Positions 24,821 through 51,202 are shown, counted from the first letter of the stretch. The stretch: DNA of 64,000 nucleotides from Yuukianura sp. NJ FZ-2021 (GCA_046563655.1 CM102286.1:5208001-5272000), one strand, 5' to 3'. A program made the numbers and translations. Notes: generated by a model from the letters alone, not told the origin.

Positions 24821-27729
24821 ATGTGCGACAATAACGGGAATATTTGTTGTGGAGATTGTAATGCTCCAGGCAAGTTAACTAAACACTACTTGGAAATTGA
24901 ATTATTTAACAAAATATGTACATTTATAAAACGTTTTTGTTTGCTTTATGGTTTAGATCCTGCTTGGGCTTCTTTGAATCGTGGGCTGCTGTTATGCAAG
25001 GACTGTTGCTATATTCATCGTACCTTGGGGCCTCAATTCACAAGAGTAAAGTCTCTCAAGCATTCCAAATGGCATCCAAATCTAAGAAAGGTTGGAGCTT
25101 TCGCAATTTGCTTTTATTAAATTGGATTAGTTGATGGGTTTTGTTTATATTTATTGATTTGATTTGATTTTAGTTGGTGTATACACTGGCCTCTGGTCCA
25201 GCCAATCACATCTGGGAATATACTTTGCTAATAGAACCCAGTAAAGCCGACTTGAACATGAAACCATCTCCACATGATTCGCTGGAGAAGAAGAAACGAA
25301 AATTCATTACTGCCAAGCATCTGATGTGCCAATTCGTGCGTCGACAAAAATCGGACAGCACGAGCAATGAACTTCATTCAACTGTTCGTACAGCTGACAT
25401 TGGAACTTCTCTCAGACTTTTGGCAGCAGGAGGTGATCCGAATTTTTTTCATCCTGTCCAAGGGACAAGGCCGTTACATGTCGCCGCTAGACATGGCCAA
25501 GGTGACCAGTTACAGTTGATTGAACTCAATCATTGTATAAAACTCGAAAGCAACCAAATCATACGATACGGTTGATTTTGTTTCAGGTCTACAAGTGGAA
25601 CTACTTTTTCTTCACGGGGCTCAAACTGATGGCTTGGATTATTTGGGTCAAACGCCTGTAGAGCATGCTCTGTAATTTTAAAATCAATGCTAATTGATCG
25701 CTATTGAATTTGTTTCAAATCGTTTATGTTTTGTATTCTGTGACCTCTATTTTCTTCTACAGAGCTGCTGGTCACAAAGATTTAGCCCTAAGGCTGCTCG
25801 AGCTACGATATTACTTGACTGACAAATTCACTTACTTTGTCTGTTCCGAAGTGCCTGATCACTCGACACAGAAGCATATCATCATTCCCAAGGAAAGTAC
25901 AATTGGAGCAAATCGAATGCGACAAGAGCAGCTGCTTCGGAGTGTAACTACCAACATAATTCATTTATCAATTTAAAAGTAATGCTCACAATATAATCTT
26001 GAAAAAATAATTCCGCAGCAACAACCTCACGTCTTGGAGCAATTTGCTGCTGATCTGTATGATGAATTGGATCGCCGAGAACTTGAAGCTGCCATGCTGG
26101 AAAACTTATCTGGACCTGAAGCGTCTAAGTATTCCGTCGCATTCTTACCCGTTCATTCGTATTTCCCATCAGTACGAAATCAGACGAGACAGAAGTTTGC
26201 AAGGCTAACAAAAGACGAATTGGCTTCACTCATCACGCTTGTTCTTATGGAAAGTAAGCGGCGACATTGCATCAACGTGTCCACGGATGTCGGGGTTGAC
26301 AGGGACATCTTCATGCATCTGGACAACCGAGTTGTTTCCGCAGCGCCTATAAGCAACGGTACTACTGCTCCTAATGGTAGTGTTGTTCAGCAGACCGTCG
26401 TGGAGGACGACGAATTTCCGTTATACGATAATGTGGCAGATGAAGATGACCTCATTCTCACAGAAGAACAAACTTTATTATCTCGACAGGTAGTTGATTA
26501 CAATACAAGTAATGAATACTACTTAGAATCCTATGAGACGCTTAAAGGAAATACGCTTTTTTAAACAAAAGATATAGATAAAAAATCTTGTCGTTTTCTA
26601 GAGATCCGCCATGGAGGTTTCGCCAATAAGTAACTCAAATGTCAACCCTATCTCAAAATACGATTCTAATGGCGGAGATCACCATCCTTCGTCAAAGTTA
26701 ATTGACACGGAAATCAAGTTACGTGAACTCTCTCAAAACAACGAACGTATGAAGTCTGAAATCACTGTTCTACAAAAGATGGTTAGTCACTTTTAAACAT
26801 TATACGTTACCTGCGCTCGTTTCGTTACACGTTCAAAATGTGGATTCCTCAATGTAACAATAATATTGATAAAAAATTCCTCAATTCGTTATTAATTTCA
26901 TTATTTATAATTTCCGTCAGGTCGAAATGGTCATCACAGAAAATATGGAGCTGCGGAAGAATGTCGGTCGTAATTCCGTTCACAATAATACAGCGCATAC
27001 TCCTCTTGTAAATGGGCATTCAAGACTCCGGACGACCTCCTCGGATCTAATTCATTCTAAACCACCAAGACCTGTATCAATGTGTGACCCGGCATTGGAG
27101 AAGCATGATGTACGTTTTTTTTAATATTAGTTGATGGAGACGTTTTTAGAAGCTAACAATCGTTAATCGTTTGTGTTTTGGCATTTGCAGGGTTGCGTGA
27201 ACAGATCCAGTTCCACTGACATTTTTCTCCGGAAAAGGACAAGCCCGGCTAAAGAACTGGCGCACAGCGGCCCTGAATTGGTTCAGGATACGACGAGAAA
27301 AGTTGTGGAACTGATAAAAGTTCTGATTGAACAAGCCAACATTAACGACTTTTGTGGAATACAATTCACCTGTTGCCAAATTCACGACGTAACTCAGGAC
27401 ATGGCAATAAGTCTTGTCCAGGTAACAACTTCAACTGAATATTTTTAATTGGTTAACGATTTAAGTACTTTGATTTTTTAATGATTTTTCAGGATAAAAG
27501 AAACAACGACGTTACTGATGTGCTCCAGCACGTTCTATTCCAAGTTTTGCGAATGAAGTCTGAAATTGATATTATCGTTTCTACGAAACCAGAAGACAGT
27601 TTTGACAATAAGGGAACAGAGGCAGCTTCCACAGATCTTATTCAAAGGATAAACCGTATTTGTTTTGATGTCGGAGCAGCTATGAAGCTGCTAGTGTCAA
27701 GGATCCTTACGGCAGGGTCTGTTGTTTAA
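24821..27729 (+). CDS. Git: ARF GTPase-activating protein GIT (GIT1/2 family)
   Basis: Exons 24821-24869, 24957-25090, 25174-25501, 25587-25671, 25763-25943, 26019-26489, 26602-26781, 26921-27108, 27191-27421, 27493-27729. Contains the ArfGAP C-x2-C-x16-C-x2-C-x4-R motif, ankyrin repeats (GTRPLHVAARHGQ), Spa2-homology repeats (DLYDELDRRE, RNQTRQKFARL), a coiled coil and a C-terminal helical domain. Confidence 0.93.
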
Positions 27730-29641
27730 TTTACATTAACTTTCGTATTAATTGTCGGGAACAGTTGGAGCAATCTTGGCAGATTATTTTAGTATTATCA
27801 CTTGACTATATCATATTTATACATCTCAATGAGCCTCGAAAAAAGATTTCCAGGTGATGAACGCTGGTTCAAGTTAACTCTGGATCTGAGAGTGCGAATT
27901 TTTTACTGCCTGGTGAAAAAAGTTATGCTGCTGCACAGTTATACGTTCGCGAGTGTAAAACCGAAAGTGATTACTGTAAAATGTTGTTGAAAAGGACAAG
28001 ATTTTAAAGCGGCTAACGCTGTGAATACGAAATGCCCGGCATTTCCATTTATAACATGCGTTATTTTGATCTTCCTCTTCTGAGCGCTGAACAATGTTTA
28101 GAACTTTTATTTCCAAACTTCTCGACTACCTCTGCTGCTTCAAAACTTAACGTAACAATATAAGCTAAAGTTGTAAAAAAAATTTCAATTAATAATTTTT
28201 TGTCACTTTTTTCGGCTTTACTGTCGTGACTGTGCGAAGGCGTGAAGCAGAACCAGGTGTAGAAAAATTCGCAAATTTAAACAATGCGTTATACGAAATA
28301 CGACCATAATTGGAAACTTAAACGTTGCCAAGTTCAGGAAATGACTTAAATTATAAGCCCGTCCTAGGACGTAAACTTATTGTATCTCTACTAATGTTTA
28401 AATGTTTCAAATTTATGACAATACAAATATTTATAAGAAGAAGTTCATATTTCATCTCTGTAATAGCGTGCCTTAACACTTACAATTACAAAGTGTAAGA
28501 ACTCCATATTTTATCCCTGTTGACTATGCGAAAAACATACTAGCCCAATAGATTTTCAGATACAAAATAAATTTCTCACTCGAGGAATTCTTATTTGTCA
28601 CGACGCTATAAGCTTTTTACTGTGTGTATAATTAACTAGGCCCTAATTTGTAACATAATTGTGTTTGAAGCCAAGGAAGCAGTTTAGTTTTCAAGGCTTT
28701 TGAACCCCCGTCTTATTCATCTTCATAAATTAAGAGTCAGTCAGCTCTTAAACGTAGTACGGAGGTAAGGGAGGTGTCTAAACTCTTGAATGTTTCAAAG
28801 ATGAAGTTTTTATTCGGTTTAAAGCTTAAGAGATCTCATCAAACCCTGCATTGTTGGGGGAGGAAAGCGTCGTACACCATACCTGTTTCACCTCTATATT
28901 TTCCATTGTAAAGTGCAAGTGGCTAAGGGGTAACATTGCAACCTCAAGTGTCAGTTCGTACCAAAAACCTGACTGATTCAGACGTATACGTAAATTTTCA
29001 ACTCTCGTTGACACTTCAAAAGTAATTGTCTCCCCAACGCACAACCTATTGCACCGGAACTAAATTTTAGTTACCGGAAGTGGAAGTTCGTGGCTCTCGA
29101 AGCCTTACAAACATTGCCTTTTGGACGCGAGAATTCGAAAGTGAAATAGTTTTTAACGCTAACTTGTTTCAAAGAGTTTCTTGCGTGAGAAAGTGACTTA
29201 AAATTTTAACTTTCGAGTTAAAATATATTAATTAGCGCAGGGGAGACATTTGGCACTGATTTGCAGGAAATCATTTTTATTTTTTGGTAAGACACTTTCA
29301 TATCCACAGATAAACTAAAGGATAACGAGGCCATTGTGCATTTAACACTCTAAAGTGTATATGTAGTGGCAAATATTAGTTTACTTACATGTCATTTGCC
29401 TCTGTGAAAACGTTAGCTTAATTTTGACAGAAAAAGTGACACTAATCTTATCATTTGTCTATCTTTCTTATATTGTGTGTTTTACGCACAATAAATTTTT
29501 TGACCGCATTTTGAAAACAAGTTTCTGTGGGAAGTTACTTATTTCAATTTTTACTTTTTATTCACAACCACTACAGATAGGAAGCGTGTTTGAAATCTCC
29601 TGCGGTTAACATCCTAGAACTTAATTTCGGTTTTAAACAAC

Positions 29642-43886
<14,245 letters not shown>

Positions 43887-44218
43887 AAATGGCAACAAAA
43901 ATTCCATGAAAAACTTAATGCTGGGGATAGAGAATCACGAATTGTGGTAAACAGGATAAACAAAGTCTTAGCCTTATATGTTAAAGCTTAAATACCTCCA
44001 CCATTCTGCGTATAAACTTTTTAGTCATATTTTAGTAAACACATCTAGAGAATACATGATTCAATTTACAGATTTGTATTTATACTTTGCAATTAAATTT
44101 TAGAGGTACAAAAAATTTAAAACATACAGACCACTACCAAATGCTTTATGAACAGTAAACAAAATTCATTGTGGTTCCGGAAAAATAGATCAGATACGTT
44201 ACATGAACTGGACTTACG

Positions 44219-45190
44219 CTAATTCCATCGGCGTTTTGCGGAATCTGTTTCTTTAAGCCCATTGTGCGGTCCGCCCAAAACTCTCAGAAGCTTCCCCCTT
44301 GTCATTTCTTTCTTCTCGTCAAGTCCCAATTGGTGTGCAATGTTCTGAAGTTTCCTCACTTCCTCAACTAAACTTGATGACGTCAGGCTTCCGAACTCTA
44401 TTTTTAAAATACGTTTGACGCTTGATTGACTTGATGATTAAGAAAGATGCAAATCAAGTTCACTTACGATGGAGTAGGTTGATATCCTCTGGATCAAGGC
44501 CTTGTGCCCAACTCCCGGACATGTCATTTTCACCTGTATTCACTTGGTTGTTGTACAACAACTGCTTTGCAGTAGTAGGAACTGTGAAAGGAATTAGAAA
44601 TATTGAGTTAGATCATGTTAGGCCCCGTTCAATCCGCAAATCTTTACAAACTTACGGTTTGTGGGCCACAAGTCCGGAGATGAGCGATCAAGCTTCTCGG
44701 TGCTTTTGAGCTGATCTTCGGGCGACAATTCGACCTCCAATTCCGCTGTTTGCGGAAAAAAAGTGCCGTCTGTGCTAATCAGAAACTCGTGAGCCGGGAT
44801 TGTTTCCTCCGTAATGTCCATGTCTACGTCCACTCCGTCCATTTGAATATTAATGCTAGCCACAGCATCCGCTTCTGCTTGAGCCTGCGCAGCAGCAACC
44901 TCATCAACGGTACTTTCTAAAACGAATGACAAACCATACGCATATAAATTGGTTGTGATTAAGCTCAGTATTCTTGTACCTATAAAAATCTTGTCTTACC
45001 TACCCACTACTGGTTCTGACTCAATCTCGAGTTCCACTACATGACCCGCTTCTTCTATAGTTTCGCCTTCCTCTTGAGTTTCAGTAGTGAACACATTGGT
45101 CAATTCCTCGTCAAATATGAGTTCCGGATCAGGTTCAGCCTCCTCTCGACCATTGCCTTCCATGATTATCTCCTGATTCTCCAGCTCCAT
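44219..45190 (-). CDS. lin-52: Protein lin-52 homolog (MuvB/DREAM subunit) with long acidic N-terminal extension
   Basis: Exons 45190-45004, 44916-44656, 44581-44468, 44397-44219. Contains LKSTEKLDRSSPDLWP (LxSxExL plus the DYRK1A-type site) and WAQGLDPEDINLLHQFGSLTSSSLVEEVRKLQNIAHQLGLDEKKEMTRGKLLRVL. Confidence 0.92.
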
Positions 45191-45710
45191 GTTCTATGGA
45201 TTAAATTATTTGAAATTTAAAAAGTTTAATAATGCTAGGAAAAATTACAACAGGTTTTACGGTTTTACTCTAAAGTGCTGCAGGACTACGATGAATGACC
45301 TTCGAATTAATCTTCTTTTACTAAACTAAAACAAAAACAGTTGTTTATGTTTTTAAACCTAATTTCAAACTTGATTTTTTTTACATTTCAAACTGTAGTG
45401 GAGGTTTGAAATGAGTCCCGCGCCCGCCAGAATCTGACGATCAACCTCCCATATCCAATAGTCCCAGCTTTTAAACTTCGAACACTGAAAATTGAGGAAA
45501 ACTTCTTCCAAAATTATACTATAATAAATATTTTCCAAACCTTTCGAAAACGAGTTACAACAGTTCAAGACAAGGCGAATTTTCTGACAGGCGGCTACAA
45601 ATGTTGCCGCTCAAGCGTAGACACCCATTGTAGTGACTCAAGATGACCGCCAGCGGGTACATTGTTCGACTACACTACAATGATGATTGTTAAACCTTAC
45701 TTCAACCGCA

Positions 45711-45722
45711 CTCTCTTCCGTC
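45711..45722 (+). promoter_or_regulatory. Polypyrimidine TCT/5'TOP-like initiator of RpL36
   Basis: CTCTCTTCCGTC lies ~200 nt upstream of the RpL36 ATG and is followed by a non-coding exon and an intron (45849-45910), as is typical of ribosomal protein genes. Confidence 0.55.
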
Positions 45723-45911
45723 AGCTGCTGCCACTCAGTGTGTTGTGTCGAAAAATTGAAGCTCCGTCCTTCAATTTTTCTCGTGTCGTCGGTTTCTTCC
45801 TTTCTTCAATAAATTGTTCGATTCCGTTGTTTCGCCTGTTTGCTTGAGGTAATCAATTGAGCACTGTTAATTATAATTAATCAGTACTAACTGACTAATT
45901 TCTGGGACAGC

Positions 45912-46437
45912 ATGGCCCCCAGACTTGAGATCGCAGTTGGCCTAAAGAAAGGTCATCCTACAATCAAGAATAAACTTGCAGAACGACCCGCAAGCAGGAA
46001 AGGAGTAAGATAAGAAATAATTATTATGTTCATAATATATTCAGTTCTTAATTATTTGTGTTTCTTGACTTTATGGATTGCGCTACTAAAATGTCTGCTT
46101 CCACTTGTGATTGACTAATTTATTGTTTATTTTTGTTTTCCAGCGTCAGACAAAACATAACAAGTTTGTCAAGGACATTGTTCGAGAGGTCTGCGGACAT
46201 GCTCCATACGAGAAGCGAGCTATGGAATTGTTGAAGGTGTCTAAGGATAAGAGGGCCCTTAAATTCCTGAAGAGACGGGTACGCTATCATTTCATTAACT
46301 ATTCTTCCTGAAGCAATGAAATGAAAGCTTAATTTTTATAAATATTTGTTTTATAGCTTGGAACCCACATCCGTGCCAAGAGGAAGCGTGAAGAATTGAG
46401 CGTAACCTTGACTCAGATGAGGAAGGCCCAGAAGTAA
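45912..46437 (+). CDS. RpL36: 60S ribosomal protein L36 (eL36)
   Basis: Exons 45912-46004, 46144-46278, 46357-46437. Sequence includes [53 protein letters not shown]. Confidence 0.98.
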
Positions 46438-47285
46438 ATACAGTTTTAACTCTATGCCCCTTTTTGCTAATTCGTAAGTGGAGTTAAATATAAAGGATTA
46501 ATAAATGGTTAGCACCTTTAACTTTCATCGGTTCTGTCGATCTCAAATTCTAAGCATCGTTTCTATCCAGATGGGGAACTCTATAGGATATAAATACCCG
46601 TCTGATTCTACAAAACGATGTTAGTAATTGTAGTACCTGAATTTTTCTTCCCCATCTATCATCAGTATCACTTTATCGTTTCAGAAATAGAATTTAATAG
46701 GGGTTCCATTACTTCCAATCCTCGTTGTATTGCAGTTCCAGCGACAGCGAGTCTTCTCATCAGTTTAAGTCAATTGTTCAGAATTTGCTTGAAAGTAAGC
46801 CCTAGATATAACAAATGCATTTCATAATTTCGAGGACTTTTATTTAGTGAACTGACGACGATGATGACAGGATTTGATGGTGACAAATGAATCAGTTGAA
46901 GTGAAGTTAACAGGCTTCACTTTGATCGGTGTTAGTGGTTTCTCGCTGTTGTAATAATTTCAGAAGGAAGCTTAACAAGCGATAGAGATTGAGAAGCTTG
47001 ACCTTGGTTTGGTTGTCTTTCGAAACGGGGTTCTAATCGCTCATTCGTTCGCATAAAACCATCTTCCCCTCCACATGTCAAATTGGCAGGCCAAATACGC
47101 AACGCACTATATCCAATAGCCTAGTAACCTAAAAGTCAAGAAGATCACGGCACGACTCTCCTTCAACATAAAACACATTAGGCTGACTCAAATGCCTGTC
47201 TTCTTCAATTGACACTCCACTGGACAAGACACACTCTCTCCGGTAATCGTCAACTAAAAAATAGTACAGCCTGACCCTAGTCAAA

Positions 47286-49733
47286 ATGAGTCGACTTGTG
47301 AGACAATTACCAAAGGTAAGGTTCATTTTCGTTTCTTTAAACCGGTAAAGTCGACAGATTGGATTTCAAAATTTCAAAGGCTTAATCCAGTGACGCTAAC
47401 TACGATCGTAGATGTTTGCTATTTTGGTAATGATTTGGTTTTTTTGGATTGACTTTACAGGTCCAAGGGAGCGTCAGGGTACCCAAGGTCCATGGCAGAT
47501 TTTATTCCCCACCAGCTGTGGCAAATACAAAGTTATTCATCAATGGGAAGTTCGTGGAATCACAAACGAAGGAATGGATCGACCTTCACAACCCGGCGAC
47601 AAATGACCTTGTCACGCGTGTACCAAAGGCAACGCAAAGTGAAATGTCAGATGCCACAGAAGCTGCCAAAGACGCTTTTAAGACTTGGTCAAAGACTTCG
47701 ATTCTCTCACGTCAACAAATCATGTTCAAATTCCAGCACATCATCAAAGCAAACATGGTAAGACAAAATGTCATAGTTCGAGATAATCAAGCGTACGATT
47801 CTGACCAAATTTTTCTTTTTTTTAGCAAGAGCTGGCCAAGAACATTACACTGGAACAAGGGAAAACCTTGATTGATGCCGAGGGAGACGTTTTGAGAGGC
47901 CTCCGTAAGTTCAATTGTTTATGAATCAAACTCAATTTGAAATAATCATGAATTAAACGTTCTGAATTTATGTTGCAGAGGTCGTGGAACACTGCTGCAG
48001 CGTCCCCAGTCTACAACTAGGAGAAACTCTGTCTGGAATTGCAAAGGACATGGACACATTATCATACCGTGTACCACTCGGTGTCTGTGCAGGAATAACC
48101 CCGTTCAATTTCCCGGCGATGATCCCACTATGGGTAAGTAGAAGCCTGTTTTCGATATTTCCCGTACCCGGACATTGATTTCGTTTTCTTCACTATGTAA
48201 TTCCTTTACTATTTTACAGATGTTCCCATTGGCTCTTACTTGTGGAAACACTTATGTTATCAAACCATCAGAGAGAGATCCCGGAGCCTGTATGATGCTT
48301 ATGGAAATGTTCCAGGAAGCGGGTATGAAAATGAAACCCATATTTGACCAAAAGTGCCAATAATTTCCAATAATTTGTCCATTTTTTTCAGGAGCACCAA
48401 ACGGTGTCGTCAACGTCATTCACGGAGCTCATGAAGCCGTCAACTTTATTTGTGATCATCCGGCAATCAAAGCGATTTCCTTTGTTGGATCCGACCAGGC
48501 CGTAAGTTGCATTTAAAGAAAAGCTAAAGTCAGTGTTACATGATGTAACTTTTACATCTTCTAAAGTGCTCAGAGTGAACGTTTTGATATATTTTTTAGG
48601 GAAAATACATCTACGAAAGAGGATCCAAAAATGGGAAACGTGTGCAAAGCAACATGGGTGCTAAGAATCACGGAGTCATAATGCCAGATGCCAACAAAGA
48701 AAATACTTTAAATCAACTGGTCGGAGCTGCCTTTGGAGCTGCTGGACAGCGATGCATGGCTCTCAGCACGGCCGTATTCGTCGGAGAAGCTAAAGAGTGG
48801 ATACCTGAATTAGTCGAGAAGGCTAAACGGCTCAAAGTGAATGCTGGTACGAAATACTTTTTACAAGTTCAGTTTCAATTGCAATACTCGTCCGATTCTA
48901 TATTTTTTATCTTAACTTTTCAGGACATGAACCTGGAACTGATTTAGGTCCAGTCATCTCACCGCAAGCGAAGCAACGAATCTTAGAATTGGTTGAGTCA
49001 GGAATTCAAGACGGTGCTCATTGCCTCTTGGACGGTCGTAACGTCAAAGTTCCAGGTTATGAAAAAGGCAACTTTGTTGGCCCAACAGTCTTGGCCGATG
49101 TCACTGTAAGTCGTTAAAAACAACAAATGATGTTGAAAGCTTATTCCAACTGAAGATATCGACCTTCTTTACTGACTATATTTAGCCAAAGATGAAATGC
49201 TACACGGAAGAAATCTTCGGACCGGTTTTAATTACTGTCTCAGTTGACTCTCTTGATGATGCAATTACTCTCATTAACAACAACCCATACGGAAATGGAA
49301 CCGCCATTTTTACAACTAACGGTAAGCTTTAAGCAAATATTAAAGTTATCCTACCCTATCAATTATTCTGATTGTTAACAAAGCATTTTATGGACATTTT
49401 ACATTTCTGAACTTTATTTTAGGCGCCACCGCTCGTAAATTTACGCATGAAATTGATGTTGGACAAGTTGGTGTTAACGTGCCTATTCCAGTTCCACTCC
49501 CCATGTTTTCATTCACGGGTTCCCGCGGAAGTTTCATGGGCGACACAAACTTTTATGGAAAAGCCGTAAGTTTTTACAGGCTTAACATTTTATTGATCGC
49601 ATTTTTATATTGAAACGTTTTTGTTCTTAAGGGAATCAACTTCTACACTCAAATCAAGACTGTGACGCAAATGTGGCGAGAAGGTGACGCAACCATTTCC
49701 AAGCCCACTGTAGCCATGCCAGTGATGCGATAG
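47286..49733 (+). CDS. ALDH6A1: Methylmalonate-semialdehyde dehydrogenase (acylating), mitochondrial
   Basis: Multi-exon. Motifs [35 protein letters not shown], catalytic [18 protein letters not shown] and [12 protein letters not shown]; Arg-rich N-terminal transit peptide. Confidence 0.97.
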
Positions 49734-50083
49734 ATTTATGATCTGAAATTGGAGCATATTCTATGCAGTACATTGGTATCGAACGCAGTTGTAAATCACG
49801 AGAGCAATTATATTTATAGTACATGAGCCGCTACCAATTCCATCCCATTCGAAATTCTTCATTTCTTTAAAAGTCAGAGCAAAGGTGCTATTCAGTTGCC
49901 AAAATTTTTATTAAATCAAAGTCAGCAAAGCAACATTTAGTAATTATTTTATTCCACCCAATTCGTAACAGTTTGAACACAAAAAAGTTGAAGCTGAACA
50001 GAAGTTTATGTTAGGGAGCAGAGAGTTTAGAATATTAATATCTAAACAAATATTGAAATTGCTAAAAATTACAAAAGTTTTGG

Positions 50084-51199
50084 CTAAAAACTGGATTCTT
50101 TGAAAGCGATTTCTTCCCTTTCAGGCGGCGTATGACCCCCAACAGTTTTTGATTGTTTGTAATCATAGCTTTCTGTTTTTCGTTTTTGAATATGAATTAC
50201 TTTTACGGCACGAGGATGACGAGTAGCCAGTAGTTTGTTGACTGTTTCTGCGTCACTTGTTTTTTCATGCTCTGGCTCTTTGTCCGGCATTTGTACTGGA
50301 TCCATTGCACTTAGCGGTGTTGGCGTCCTTCGTGGTGGTCTTGACGGTGACACAATGGTGGAAGGTGACGGTTGTCCAAAAAGTTGTTTCGAGGCTTGTC
50401 GGAGCCTTTCGGCCGAAAGTGGTTGGTCATCCTCAGTAGGACTTTCAGGCAATGGCTTCCGTTGTGTTTCGGGTGACCTAGTGACCGTTTTGCTTTCTTC
50501 GTATTCTTCCGTTTTGTATGCAAACCTCTTAGGAGGTGCTAAGTCGTAGGTGCGAACTAAATATGGAAATCTTGCAATTTCAGGTTTTTCGGGCGGCAGG
50601 GGCTTCCGAGATCCTGCTGCAGGCAATGTCAGTGATTTTTCATACTGATCTTCAGCTGAAGTTTCAGTATGCTCAGTTATTTCTTTATCGAATGCTTGAT
50701 GCCTTTGATGAGATTGCTCATATAAATCTGATTTTGGTAGCAGTGCGGCTGTTGCTGTTGGAGACGTTGCTGGAGACTCTGGACCTGGTTTGCTGGACTT
50801 TGTATTTGAAAATCTGTCAAACAGCCTGGAAGTGAGGACTTGTTTGTCGTCGGGCGGAGAATGCGATGCGGATTTGTGAAACGATGGTGGTGTGCCGTCT
50901 CTGTCGAGATATCTCCCGTCCGGTCCAGGCGAGTATGAGCGTGACAAGTATCCAAGATCTCTGTCATCTTCTTCAAATGGTGACGGAGCCAGTAGAGAAG
51001 AGAGGTGCTGAGATAGAAGTTGATCTGACGGTGCAGTTGCATCAGGAGCCAACCGAGTTCCTGGAGCACTGGATTGTTGTACCTTGTCGTCGTTTCTGAC
51101 ATTCAAATGGGATGGACGAGGCGGCCGGGGCAATTCCTCGGGAGTGAATACTTGCGAAGTATTTGTGGACTCCTGAGACCCTGTCCCGGCGGCTAATTG
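50084..51199 (-). CDS. Putative stop-codon-readthrough extension of the claudin (371 codons, Pro/Ser/Thr-rich, ends ESSF)
   Basis: In frame with the claudin TGA (51202-51200), with no stop until 50086-50084. No in-frame ATG occurs until near the end. The stop context is TGA-CAA-TTA. Confidence 0.75.
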   Translation of the reverse strand, partial: QLAAGTGSQESTNTSQVFTPEELPRPPRPSHLNVRNDDKVQQSSAPGTRLAPDATAPSDQLLSQHLSSLLAPSPFEEDDRDLGYLSRSYSPGPDGRYLDRDGTPPSFHKSASHSPPDDKQVLTSRLFDRFSNTKSSKPGPESPATSPTATAALLPKSDLYEQSHQRHQAFDKEITEHTETSAEDQYEKSLTLPAAGSRKPLPPEKPEIARFPYLVRTYDLAPPKRFAYKTEEYEESKTVTRSPETQRKPLPESPTEDDQPLSAERLRQASKQLFGQPSPSTIVSPSRPPRRTPTPLSAMDPVQMPDKEPEHEKTSDAETVNKLLATRHPRAVKVIHIQKRKTESYDYKQSKTVGGHTPPEREEIAFKESSF

Positions 51200-51202
51200 T
51201 CA
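51121..51202 (-). promoter_or_regulatory. Candidate readthrough signal: UGA-CAA-UUA plus 3' stem-loop
   Basis: The mRNA strand reads TGA CAATTA GC-C-GCCGGG-A-CAG-GGT-CTC-A-GGAGT-CCACA-AATACTT-cgc-AAGTATT-C-ACTCC-C-GAG-GAA-TTG-C-CCCGGC-C-GC, with nested complementary blocks. Confidence 0.7.

Noticed and set aside
46861..46965. Possible C/D snoRNA (ATGATGA at 46861) and G-U-rich hairpin at 46891-46930 downstream of RpL36
   Set aside because: No CTGA D box or terminal stem at a suitable distance, and it is not intronic. Insufficient support without a covariance-model search.
50084..51133. Independent 349-aa gene as given by the ORF track
   Set aside because: It starts at TTG, has no promoter space or first exon, and is exactly in frame with the claudin stop 67 nt upstream.
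51200..51202. Selenocysteine recoding of the claudin UGA
   Set aside because: The position is in a disordered cytoplasmic tail with no redox motif, and no SECIS was recognised by eye. The CAA-UUA context favours ordinary readthrough. A SECISearch run on 49750-50083 would settle it.
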